Source of the DNA: Candidatus Jordarchaeales archaeon
GTDB lineage: Archaea > Asgardarchaeota > Jordiarchaeia > Jordiarchaeales > Freyrarchaeaceae
NCBI GenBank assembly: GCA_038858525.1
Contig: JAWCFL010000041.1
Location: forward strand, 1-14,958
DNA length: 14,958 nucleotides
Direction: 5' to 3'
Both the position numbers and the translations under genes were made by a program. The notes under the pieces were generated by a model, which had not been told where the DNA came from, did no database searches, and saw only the letters and a list, made by a program, of their open reading frames with translations. Of the stretch, positions 1 to 8,427 are shown piece by piece; within the stretch, counting starts at the first letter, position 1; each line of letters starts with the position of its first letter.

Positions 1-2
1 GC

Positions 3-917
3 TCTAAGTTTAGGGGATCAATGCTTGGTACAGGTGTGGGGGATGCTTTAGGGAGACCACTCGAGGAAGGTGTGTCTCCGGTGGGGGCGCCGCCTGAGTT
101 TGATGGACGCTATACTGATGACACTGAAATGATGATTGGTGTTGCTGAGTCGCTGGTCGAGGTTGGGGGGTTTGATGGGGAGCACATGGCTAGAACCTTT
201 ATAAGGAATTATGACCCGGAGCTGGATAAGGCCGTTAGGAAGTATGGTCCTGGGCCGCCTGCCATCTTCAGAATGATTGAGCGGGGGGAGCGATGGGATG
301 TTGCCAGTAGAAGGCTTTTTGGTGGCGTGGGGTCCTTCGGAAACGGGGCGGCTATGAGAATCGCGCCGGTCGGCCTATTATACTTCGACGACCCTGAAAT
401 GTTAAGGAGAGTTGCCGAGCAGTCAAGCCTTATAACACATGCTCACCCCCTAGGAGTGGAAGGCGCAGTGGTCCAGGCATACGCTGTCTCCCTAGCTGTC
501 GCGGCGAAACCACCAAACCTAAACCCGCGAGAATTCCTGGAAATGCTAAGGTCATTCGCACGGGAGGAAGTTTACAGGGAAGCACTCGGAAGCGCTGTCC
601 GCCTCCTTGACGAGGGAGCTGATAGGAGAAAGGTCGTATCCGTGTTGGGTAATGGCGTGGAGGCGTTCAGGTCTGTTCCGACAGCCATATACTGCTTCGC
701 AGCCAACACTGAAAGCTTCGAGAACGCCGTGCTTTACGCTGTGAGTCTTAGAGGGGACGCCGACACTATAGGAGCGATGACCGGAGCAATAAGCGGGGCA
801 TACCATGGAGAGGAAAAAATACCGGTTGAATGGGTGAAGAAGCTCGAAGACGCGGAATACATAGCCTCTCTAGCTGACAGATTGCTAGAACTTAAACGAA
901 AAAGACGGAAAAAATAA
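3..917 (+). CDS. ADP-ribosylglycohydrolase (DraG/ARH family), 5'-partial
   Basis: Motifs GDALG, YTDDTE, SFGNGAAMRIAPVG, TH and GDADTIGAMTGAI. The frame is open from base 3 (SKFRGS-MLGTGVGDALG), matching the family N-terminal 'xxFRGxLLGxAVGDALG', so the true start lies left of the window and ATG 21 is internal. Confidence 0.93.
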   Translation, partial: SKFRGSMLGTGVGDALGRPLEEGVSPVGAPPEFDGRYTDDTEMMIGVAESLVEVGGFDGEHMARTFIRNYDPELDKAVRKYGPGPPAIFRMIERGERWDVASRRLFGGVGSFGNGAAMRIAPVGLLYFDDPEMLRRVAEQSSLITHAHPLGVEGAVVQAYAVSLAVAAKPPNLNPREFLEMLRSFAREEVYREALGSAVRLLDEGADRRKVVSVLGNGVEAFRSVPTAIYCFAANTESFENAVLYAVSLRGDADTIGAMTGAISGAYHGEEKIPVEWVKKLEDAEYIASLADRLLELKRKRRKK

Positions 918-944
918 GGGGGAGGAAAAAATCCCCTCTTTTTT
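918..944 (+). terminator. Putative terminator after the ARH gene
   Basis: GGGGA(919-923)/TCCCC(932-936) stem directly after TAA 917, followed by a T6 tract (939-944). Lies in a convergent intergenic gap. Confidence 0.6.
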
Positions 945-1019
945 CTTCATTGACTACTTTCTCCGCTCTTTACTAGTCAGCTGCTGGTCTCCGTCCAACC
1001 ATCGGCGTCTCTATCCTCT

Positions 1020-2819
1020 TCATTTTTGTTTTCGGCCCTGCGGCAATACGTCCCCCTGAATCATGGTTTTTTGATGGATTTTTTCAAGGTAGATGCTTAC
1101 TGCCCTCCTCACGGTTTCCTCGTCCACTTTTCCGTGTGGAGTTGGAGTTTCGGTTATCCTTTTAGGTATCCTTAGTTTTTCAGGGTTAAACCCTTCACTT
1201 AGCTTGAAGCTGTACTTCTCCGCCAATATTTTTTCGCCCAGCGAGACAAGCTCCTCTCTGCTTCTCTCCACGCCCACCGCGCCTAGCGCCTTGGCCACGT
1301 TCTCCGGAGTATATACTCTGCGGGCGAAGAAGCAGACCACGAGGCTTGAGAGCACCTGGCGCCACGCCTCCTCCTTAAAAAGCTCCTCCGCTATCTTTTC
1401 TGGGCTTGGCGTGGCTCCGATAGTTTTCTCGTCAAGGCTGTACCCCGCAGAGTCCAGGTGGCTGTGCCTAGCGCCAGTAAAGTAGCCTACATGCGTTGCT
1501 GGCCCAGTATGGTACCCAGGCATCTCGTTTCCTCCAAAGGCGAGGGCAAACTCTAAGCCTCCATACCTTGTCGCTGCGGCTTCAACTCCCATGGCGAGGT
1601 GTTTGTAGAACTCGTTCGGCTGGGCAACGATCATCCTTGTCATCTTAATGTATGTTTCGTAGTCTCCCCACTTAGGCTCGAGTCCAGCCAGTTCGTCCCT
1701 TGAAACCAGCCCCTTCTCGTATGCCTCGGTCGCCCATGCTAAGCACACGCCAGTGCTCATGGCGTCAAGCCCATACTTCTCCACGGCGTCAACCAGCTTG
1801 AGGAACCCCACCGTATCAGATATGCCGAGCATCGAACCCAGAGCATACGTCAGCTCGTAATCATATGAAATCCAAGTGGTCTTGTAGAAATATGGCTCGT
1901 CCTCGTATGGCTCTCTTAGGGCCGCCAGGTGTATGCATGCGACTGGGCAGTGGGCGCACGCAACTCTCCTCCCCAGAAAGCTCTCCGCTAGTCTCTCGCC
2001 GGATATCGCCTCCGCGCCCTCGAACTCGCCGCTCTTAAGGTTCCGGGTTGGGAGCCCCTTCAAAGCGTTAAGAGTTAACACGTTTACAGGAGTACCTATT
2101 TCATGGTACTTCTTGAGGAAGTCTGACTCAACCATGAGTTTGAACAGCTCATCGTAAATGTCCCTGTAAAGCTTCTTGTTCGGGACCTCCATCGTGTTCT
2201 TCCCTGAAACCACGAGCGCCTTAAGCTTCTTGCTGCCAAAGACCGCGCCCAAGCCGAGGCGCCCGAAGTGCCTGAACGTCTCAGTCGTAACCATGGCGTA
2301 CCTTACAAGTCTCTCTCCAGCTCCACCTATCCTCATTATCGACCTTACACCACTCCCAGGCTCGTTCTCCCGTATCACCCTGCCAACAGTCAGCGTGCTT
2401 TCCATACCCCAGTAGGCGGCAGCGTCCCTGAAGTATACTCGATTCCCATGCACTGCGATGTAAATTGGCATGTCGCTGGCTCCCCTGATTACTATTGCCC
2501 CGTAGCCAGCAGACCTTATCGCTACAGCGCTCCTCCCGCCAGCGTGGCTTTCTCCAAGCTCCCCTGTCAGAGGAGACTTGAACATGGCAACGGTCTTAGA
2601 CGCCATGGGGAAGAAACATGTGAGCGGACCAACAGCGAAAATTATCGGGTTATCAGGCCCAAGCGGGTCAGCTCCCTTGGGGCACTCCTCTTTAAGTAGC
2701 TGGACGGCTACTCCTGAACCTCCAAGGTATTCCTCGAAGAGCTCTTTTCTTTCCTCCACCCAGAAGCGCTTCCTTGTAAGATCGACATAGAGAACCTTCG
2801 AGGGTAAAGTAGGTGGCAT
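1020..2819 (-). CDS. aor: Tungsten/molybdopterin aldehyde:ferredoxin oxidoreductase family protein (599 aa)
   Basis: VDLT...GG N-terminus, FKSPLTG, GRLGLGAVFGSKKLKA, CAHCPVAC plus a distal LVVCFF Cys ([4Fe-4S] ligands), KYGLDAMSTG. Start moved from 2888 to ATG 2819, which has GGAGGT upstream and sits 2 nt after the ferredoxin stop. Confidence 0.93.
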   Translation of the reverse strand: MPPTLPSKVLYVDLTRKRFWVEERKELFEEYLGGSGVAVQLLKEECPKGADPLGPDNPIIFAVGPLTCFFPMASKTVAMFKSPLTGELGESHAGGRSAVAIRSAGYGAIVIRGASDMPIYIAVHGNRVYFRDAAAYWGMESTLTVGRVIRENEPGSGVRSIMRIGGAGERLVRYAMVTTETFRHFGRLGLGAVFGSKKLKALVVSGKNTMEVPNKKLYRDIYDELFKLMVESDFLKKYHEIGTPVNVLTLNALKGLPTRNLKSGEFEGAEAISGERLAESFLGRRVACAHCPVACIHLAALREPYEDEPYFYKTTWISYDYELTYALGSMLGISDTVGFLKLVDAVEKYGLDAMSTGVCLAWATEAYEKGLVSRDELAGLEPKWGDYETYIKMTRMIVAQPNEFYKHLAMGVEAAATRYGGLEFALAFGGNEMPGYHTGPATHVGYFTGARHSHLDSAGYSLDEKTIGATPSPEKIAEELFKEEAWRQVLSSLVVCFFARRVYTPENVAKALGAVGVERSREELVSLGEKILAEKYSFKLSEGFNPEKLRIPKRITETPTPHGKVDEETVRRAVSIYLEKIHQKTMIQGDVLPQGRKQK

Positions 2820-2821
2820 GT

Positions 2822-3229
2822 TTATACCTCCTCGAGCTTTATCACGCCGTACTCGCAGTAGTCGGCGCAGTAGCCACAGTAGACGCATATCGCGGGCTTC
2901 CCGGCTTCTTCATCCCAGAAGACTGCCCCTATCGGGCACGCTTCAACACACTTTCCACAACCAATACATCTGTCCTTAACGAGCCTAACCCCCTTTCCAT
3001 CTCTGGAAACTAGGGCGTCTGTGGGGCAGACCCGGGCGCACGGAGCTGGCTCATCGCAGGCCCTGCAAACCACGACGACGAACCCCCGCTCCATTCCTCC
3101 AACAGACTTGACGTGAATGGTACTCCTCCCGAATCCGCCTAAGCTAAACCTGCGCGTACATGCGAACATACACATCTGACACCCAACGCAGCGCTCAGGG
3201 TCAACTACCGAAAGCCGCTTCACAAACAA
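2822..3229 (-). CDS. Polyferredoxin-type electron-transfer subunit of the AOR (up to four [4Fe-4S] clusters)
   Basis: 16 Cys in four groups: CVGCQMCMFAC, CRACDEPAPCARVC, CIGCGKCVEAC, CVYCGYCADYC. TTG start after GGGGGG (GTG at 3223 is an alternative). Translationally coupled to aor. Confidence 0.92.
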   Translation of the reverse strand: MFVKRLSVVDPERCVGCQMCMFACTRRFSLGGFGRSTIHVKSVGGMERGFVVVVCRACDEPAPCARVCPTDALVSRDGKGVRLVKDRCIGCGKCVEACPIGAVFWDEEAGKPAICVYCGYCADYCEYGVIKLEEV

Positions 3230-3276
3230 ACCCCCCTTTGAGCAACGCGTAAACCCTTACAAAAGGGGCAAACTAC

Positions 3277-3291
3277 TTTTAAATACCTTTT
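3277..3291 (-). promoter_or_regulatory. Putative BRE/TATA box of the ferredoxin-aor operon
   Basis: The minus strand reads AAAAGG-TA-TTTAAAA about 50 nt upstream of the TTG at 3229. Confidence 0.5.
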
Positions 3292-3385
3292 GAGCTCCCC
3301 CCGAGGCGACCTTAATCCAAACCAGGGTTGCTTCTTGAAGCTGTGGAATGCGCCGCGTCCTCCGGTGGGCGAGAAGGTTGTCGTT

Positions 3386-4618
3386 TTAGTGCTGGAAGGT
3401 GAATGCCACCTTGATCGCCTTATACTTCTTCTTGTTAAGGCTAACTTTTAACGCTTCCCTCCATTTCTCTATGGGAAACTTATGTGTCAGCAATGGGGAA
3501 AGGTTAACTCTGCCTTTCGAGAATAAATCAAGAGCTAAGTCAAAAGCCCTCCTACCACCGTTAACCTTTTCCTCTCCTGACCCTAGAACCCCCTTCACTA
3601 CTATTTCCTTCGAGAATATGGGCGCCCAGTCGACACCACTAAGCTTCCCCGCGGTTCCAACCAAAACAACTGTTCCGCCAGGCTTCACTATTCTGAGCGA
3701 GTCATCAACCGTTCCCGCTTGCCCCACGCACTCAAACACCACGTCCACGCCTCCACCCACAAACATAGGCTTCTCTCTAGGAGGATAATACACCCTCCCC
3801 CCAGTTATTTCAGCCAAGTCCTCTATGACCCTCCCACCCTCCTCAGCAATAACAGTCCTAGTGGCGCCAAACCTCTTAGCCATCTCCCCCTGAAACTTGT
3901 AGATGTCAACCCCTATTATCTCCCCCTTGAACCCGAGAGCTCTTAGTGCCGCTATAACGCCTATCCCCATCACCCCACACCCAACCACGGCAACGGCCTC
4001 GTCATCTCTAGGGAAGGACTTCAGAGCTGCGTGGAGAGAGACTGCGAATGGCTCCGTGAAAACCGCCGCCTCGTCGCTCACGCCACCCGGAACCCTGAAC
4101 AGCTGAAACTCGTGAGCCACAAAGTAGTCACTCCAAGCGCCACCAGTATCCCGGCAAAACCCAGTGAACATGCCTGGAGAAAGGTTCCCCCCATCAAAGT
4201 TATGACAGATGGAGTATCTCCCCTCACGGCAGGATGGGCAAAGCTCCTCTACTCCTCTAACCCTACATGAGAGTACGTCGTCCAGCACAACCCTCTCCCC
4301 CTCCTCCACCCCTCTGACCTTTTCCCCGACTTCCTCAACCACGCCCACAACCTCATGCCCTAGTACTAGTGGGAAGGACGTGAGCGGGTAAAGGTACATG
4401 CTTTCTGAAAGCGTTACTAGTCGCATGTCTGAGCCACAGATGCCTGAGAGGACGCTTCTAACCTTAACCCACTCGGGTCCACGCAGCTCAGGCTCAGGGT
4501 AATCTTCACGAAAAGAAATAATTGAGAGAGGACCATAATAGGCGCTCCTACTCAGCTTGGCTCCAGCAAGAGTCAAGGCAGCCCTAAGAAGGCTAAACTC
4601 AACTACAACAGCCCTCAA
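3386..4618 (-). CDS. Zn-dependent medium-chain alcohol/polyol dehydrogenase (MDR family, 410 aa)
   Basis: GICGSD (catalytic Zn Cys), LGHE, structural Zn C-x8-C-x2-C-x7-C, TEP, and Rossmann GCGVMG followed by VD (NAD-type). Start placed at TTG 4618 behind a GGTG SD; the ORF-track extension to 4726 overlaps the upstream ATPase gene. Confidence 0.92.
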   Translation of the reverse strand: MRAVVVEFSLLRAALTLAGAKLSRSAYYGPLSIISFREDYPEPELRGPEWVKVRSVLSGICGSDMRLVTLSESMYLYPLTSFPLVLGHEVVGVVEEVGEKVRGVEEGERVVLDDVLSCRVRGVEELCPSCREGRYSICHNFDGGNLSPGMFTGFCRDTGGAWSDYFVAHEFQLFRVPGGVSDEAAVFTEPFAVSLHAALKSFPRDDEAVAVVGCGVMGIGVIAALRALGFKGEIIGVDIYKFQGEMAKRFGATRTVIAEEGGRVIEDLAEITGGRVYYPPREKPMFVGGGVDVVFECVGQAGTVDDSLRIVKPGGTVVLVGTAGKLSGVDWAPIFSKEIVVKGVLGSGEEKVNGGRRAFDLALDLFSKGRVNLSPLLTHKFPIEKWREALKVSLNKKKYKAIKVAFTFQH

Positions 4619-4697
4619 GTGGGAACACCCCGGTGAAAGATAACTAATAACTTCTAAATCATAAAATTTTTCGGTCTGAAGTGATGTCCACGTCGAT

Positions 4698-6077
4698 TTA
4701 CGTCGCCGGCATAAGGCCCTCCTCACTAACCGGCCTCACTCCTCTGCTCGTCACCTCGATCCGTAACGGCGTCCTCCTATGCTCCCCTCCCCTTACCTTA
4801 ACCAGGAACAGCAGCTTGTGGGGTGCTCCATCCGTTGGGGCGTTCCTTAAAACTAGCAGGTTATCAAAGAGTCCAAGCATGTCGGTCTCCATAGCTTCCT
4901 CGATCAATGAGAAAGAAAAAGTGGCTACCACCGCCACGCCCTTAGTCCTTGCTAAAAGCTGGATAAACCTCAGAAATCTATAGAACCTTGCCTGTGGGAG
5001 GCTGCGCCTGAACGGCGTCAAGCTATCTATCACGAGCAAATCCGGCTTCTCATTACACACTAGATTGTCGAAGAAGCTGTAAATTCTCTGGGCGTCGTAC
5101 TCCTCCGGGGTAATGCCCATTATTTTCAGTTGTTCACTCCCACATTCAACGTTGAGCTTGAAACTCCTAAGGAGCCTCGCCACCCCCTCCCCCTCCTCAG
5201 TCGAAACATAGATGCACCGTCTTCCAGTGCTAAACATGCTGGCAGCCAATTGAACGCAGAGGCATGTCTTACCTGCACCCGTCTCGCCTTTAACCAACGT
5301 GAAGCTCCCTCGCCTTAACCCTCCACCTATAGCATTGTTAAGCCACTCTAGACCAGTGGATACCACCTCGTCCCCCTCGCTAGGTATCGTCCTTGGAGGA
5401 GCGATCACCCAAACTCCACCATGCTCTCTGTCCACGTCAAAATCGTAGAACCCTTTCTCCACAGGGCTTCCCCTACTCTTCAAGACTTCAAGCTCCCTCA
5501 CTTTCACGTTTTCTTCCTCCCTCCACCTCAAGAGGAGGACAGTGTCCGCCATGAAGGCGATCGGGCCAAGCTCTTCGCTCTTGGCTTCGCTCGAAGCCTC
5601 ATATATCAAAAAGCAGACGGCACCGGTGTTTTTAATCAGCGCTCTTAAGAGCTGGACGAAACGCCTAACCTCGCCGTCATCCATCATGCATGTGACAGCG
5701 TTTATCGAATCCAAAACCACTCGCCTAGCCTTGGCAGCAGTGAGCGCCTCAAGTATTTCATCCATGCAGGAAACGAGTGATTCCTTGCTTAAAACCATGA
5801 GGCTGAGGAAGCGGAACAATCCCTTCTTTTCCAGTTCGTCAAAATTCATTCCGAAGGCGAGCATATTACCGTAAAACTCTTCCTTAGACTCGGAGAAACT
5901 GGCATAAACCCCTCTCTCGCCAAACATGACCGCACCGTTATAAATGAACTGGGCAGCCATCACAGTCTTACCTATACCTGGGCCGCCGGCAATAACCACG
6001 ACTCCTCTATCAGGGAGCCCACCTACCGCTTCATCCAAACCCTTAATACCAGACTTCAAAAGCCCTCCAACCCGCAA
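4698..6077 (-). CDS. Double-domain KaiC/RAD55-family ATPase
   Basis: Domain 1: SGIKGLD, GGPGIGKT, VVLDS, LKSRGS. Domain 2: STGLEWLN, GETGAGKT, STEE, LVIDS, VKVRGG. TTG 6077 lies about 25-30 nt below an AT-rich TATA-like tract; TTG 6059 is an alternative start. Confidence 0.9.
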   Translation of the reverse strand: MRVGGLLKSGIKGLDEAVGGLPDRGVVVIAGGPGIGKTVMAAQFIYNGAVMFGERGVYASFSESKEEFYGNMLAFGMNFDELEKKGLFRFLSLMVLSKESLVSCMDEILEALTAAKARRVVLDSINAVTCMMDDGEVRRFVQLLRALIKNTGAVCFLIYEASSEAKSEELGPIAFMADTVLLLRWREEENVKVRELEVLKSRGSPVEKGFYDFDVDREHGGVWVIAPPRTIPSEGDEVVSTGLEWLNNAIGGGLRRGSFTLVKGETGAGKTCLCVQLAASMFSTGRRCIYVSTEEGEGVARLLRSFKLNVECGSEQLKIMGITPEEYDAQRIYSFFDNLVCNEKPDLLVIDSLTPFRRSLPQARFYRFLRFIQLLARTKGVAVVATFSFSLIEEAMETDMLGLFDNLLVLRNAPTDGAPHKLLFLVKVRGGEHRRTPLRIEVTSRGVRPVSEEGLMPAT

Positions 6078-6319
6078 CGCTCTCAGAATAAGAAATTTTA
6101 ATATTTTTCTATTTATTATTTTTCATAAGGAGTTCAAGGGATATTATTGCGTCTTCAATCCCTCTGCGGCTTAAGAACGATGCTTTTTGCATGTCGATCA
6201 TGCTGGCTAAAAAAGGGCGCTCTCGCTCCCTTATGCTGAGAAGGCAATGCTTAAAGCTTAGTAAAGTTTTTGCGTCGCCTCGTAGCCATAAACGCCGCTT
6301 CCTGTTCTACTGGAGGCGG

Positions 6320-7714
6320 CTACATTATCACAGTTATTCCCACTTCTAAGACTCTTCCCTCGGCGAGAAATGGATGGAAAACTGGCGTGTGCGGTATGAT
6401 GCCGTAAGCCACCACGTTACCGTTCACGTTTCCAACCTTCAGATGAGTGTCAGCTAGGTGGTTGAGAAGATCTATGACCTCCTGCCCATACTTAACTATG
6501 CCAACCATCACTATCCTGCTACGCTTAACCCTAGCTATCAGCCGCCCTAGGGACCTTTTAAGCTCGTCTAATCCGTATATGTGCTGAAGTGTATCCATTC
6601 CAGCCACGAGTAGCCCTCCCTCCTCAAGGTGCTGGAAGATTAGCTCAGCGTCCTGAAGAAGGTCGTCTCCCTTGAGCATTGTTACAGCATCATTTGTTTT
6701 CTCTCCATACTCAGCTATGACGACCTCCTTCTTAACTTTGGCCTCAGGCAAAATGCTCGTGAGGACATGCTTCATGAAATCCGCTGAAAGCCCTCCTGGA
6801 GGGATCAGAAACACCTTTCCTCCTCCGATAACGTGGTTTATCACTGTTGGCAGGTAGAAGTAGTCGTAAAGTTCTCCAACTCCTCTCTCTATCTCTATAA
6901 GGTTGAGGCTCCCCTTAAGGTATCCTCCAATCAAATCGTCAAGCCGCTTTATCCCCGTCGAAACGTGCCCGTCGATGGCGGGCTCGCGGTAGATCAGCTC
7001 AAACTTTGCATTTGCCCTAATAACTTTCTGCGACATCGAAAGGGCTTCAAAACTCACAGCATTGAAGGCTCCTCCTTCAAGAGTAAACAGGTAGACGGGA
7101 TGCGCGATTGAGACGCCGCGCATCTTCTCTATCCTGATAAGTCTCAGGAAAAATCCATTCCTGTTCTCCTTCTGAAGGCTTATGACTCCGTCAACCAAGT
7201 AGTCTAAGAATGACTTTTCCGTGCGTTCTGACACGAAGAGGATCTTCCCATTAGTTTCTCTACCTATGTCTATTAAAGCCTCCTCGAAACTCACGTCGCC
7301 ATCAGGTATCTTCAAGCTCGCCTTTAAAGCCTCCAGGCTATCTATCACTATAATCGGCGCCTTCTCTTCTGCCTTAGTCATAGAGTAAAGCTTCTGAAGA
7401 AAGGAAGGCTTGTCATACATTCTTAAAGAAACAGCGGTTTCCAGTCCGACTTCAGCCTTGCTTTCTGTCGCATCTATAACTCTCCTCTCGTCGAGAAGCT
7501 CCTCTGCAATCGGGTAATACCTCTTAATTTCGTCAGCAGTAGACCGAGCAGTCACGTAGAAGCACTCGTTAGACCCGCTAAAAGCCTTACACATGCTCAA
7601 CGCGAAAATGGTTTTTCCAGACCCCGGATCACCTCTAACCAGAAAACTAGCTCCCCCTGCACGACTGAATACATCAATAATTTCCCTAGGAATAGAGACC
7701 ACGCGGGAAGACAA
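6320..7714 (-). CDS. GvpD-like P-loop ATPase (KaiC superfamily): N-domain retains P-loop motifs, C-domain degenerate (464 aa)
   Basis: SFLVRGDPGSGKT, YVTARS, IVIDSLEAL, IEKMRGV; the second RecA repeat begins STGIKRLDDLIGG but has no Walker A. Start placed at TTG 7714 after GGGGGG. Confidence 0.8.
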   Translation of the reverse strand: MSSRVVSIPREIIDVFSRAGGASFLVRGDPGSGKTIFALSMCKAFSGSNECFYVTARSTADEIKRYYPIAEELLDERRVIDATESKAEVGLETAVSLRMYDKPSFLQKLYSMTKAEEKAPIIVIDSLEALKASLKIPDGDVSFEEALIDIGRETNGKILFVSERTEKSFLDYLVDGVISLQKENRNGFFLRLIRIEKMRGVSIAHPVYLFTLEGGAFNAVSFEALSMSQKVIRANAKFELIYREPAIDGHVSTGIKRLDDLIGGYLKGSLNLIEIERGVGELYDYFYLPTVINHVIGGGKVFLIPPGGLSADFMKHVLTSILPEAKVKKEVVIAEYGEKTNDAVTMLKGDDLLQDAELIFQHLEEGGLLVAGMDTLQHIYGLDELKRSLGRLIARVKRSRIVMVGIVKYGQEVIDLLNHLADTHLKVGNVNGNVVAYGIIPHTPVFHPFLAEGRVLEVGITVIM

Positions 7715-7799
7715 AAAAATCCCCCCTTTCTGAACAAAACACACCTCAGAAATAAATTTAAGGACTCTGACAAAAGAAAAAGCTTTCGCGTCCTCATTT

Positions 7800-7824
7800 T
7801 TTATTTTTTTTTAAAAAAAATAAA
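7800..7824. terminator. 25-bp AT-only palindrome with T-tracts on both strands; likely terminator of the DGC operon
   Basis: TTTATTTTTTTT-T-AAAAAAAATAAA has 12-bp perfect arms and lies between the DGC stop (7992) and the GvpD-like promoter region. Confidence 0.45.
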
Positions 7825-7991
7825 GATTATTTTTGAAGTTTTCTATGGAAACCTTATGTTTTCATTTTCAACATTGAAGTCATGTTAGGGATTTTAGGTA
7901 AGAAGGATGAGAAGTAAAAAAGGAGGGGGAGCGCCTGCTGGTTGGGTGAACTCATCGTGTTCTCCCATCCAGCTAGGCGTCGTTGTTGACG

Positions 7992-8426
7992 TTATAGTTC
8001 TATTGGCCTTGTTTTTCTGTCCTCAGCTATCTTGCGTATGACCTTGTCGACTTTTTCAGCTATTTTTTCGGCTACTTTGCGTGATAGTTCGTCGACTACT
8101 TCTAACGTTAACTGCTCCACTTTTTCGCTTCTAGCGACTTCTGACACTACTAGTGTTTCGTCCGCTGAGTGGCCGAGTTTTTCGACGGCGTGTTGGCCAC
8201 ATTTTCTATCGCAGCCGTCAACCACTATGACGGGTGAGCTCTCGATGAATGATGTCTCCTCCTTGTTTCCGCAAAGGATTAATGGCAAGGAAAGGACAGT
8301 AGTTTTCCCCTTGCATAATTCGTCAGCGGCGATTCTTGCTGCTAGTCGTGTCACTTCACCCTCAGGGATGTCGCCGACGCAGGGCAGGATGCCTATACCT
8401 TTCGGTATTATAACTTCCCAGCTCAT
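7992..8426 (-). CDS. DGC-domain putative zinc-binding/redox protein, copy 2 (144 aa)
   Basis: GILPCVG...G...RLAA and VIVVDGCDRKCG. ATG 8426 has a GGAGG SD and starts 1 nt after the copy-1 stop. Confidence 0.85.
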   Translation of the reverse strand: MSWEVIIPKGIGILPCVGDIPEGEVTRLAARIAADELCKGKTTVLSLPLILCGNKEETSFIESSPVIVVDGCDRKCGQHAVEKLGHSADETLVVSEVARSEKVEQLTLEVVDELSRKVAEKIAEKVDKVIRKIAEDRKTRPIEL

Positions 8427-8427
8427 G

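Noticed and set aside
3293-3385. GC-rich spacer between the ADH and ferredoxin genes, examined as a tRNA or riboswitch
   Set aside because: No cloverleaf, T-loop or recognisable aptamer core on either strand.
6110-6300. Startless minus-strand frame (...WLRGDAKTLLSF...SRRGIEDAIISLELLMKNNK*) between the two ATPases
   Set aside because: No good start or SD and only a vague HEPN-like resemblance; cannot be supported without a translated search.
4698-7714. Circadian clock or gas-vesicle operon interpretation
   Set aside because: No kaiA, kaiB, gvpA or other gvp genes in the window, and the KaiC S/T phosphoacceptor pair is absent.
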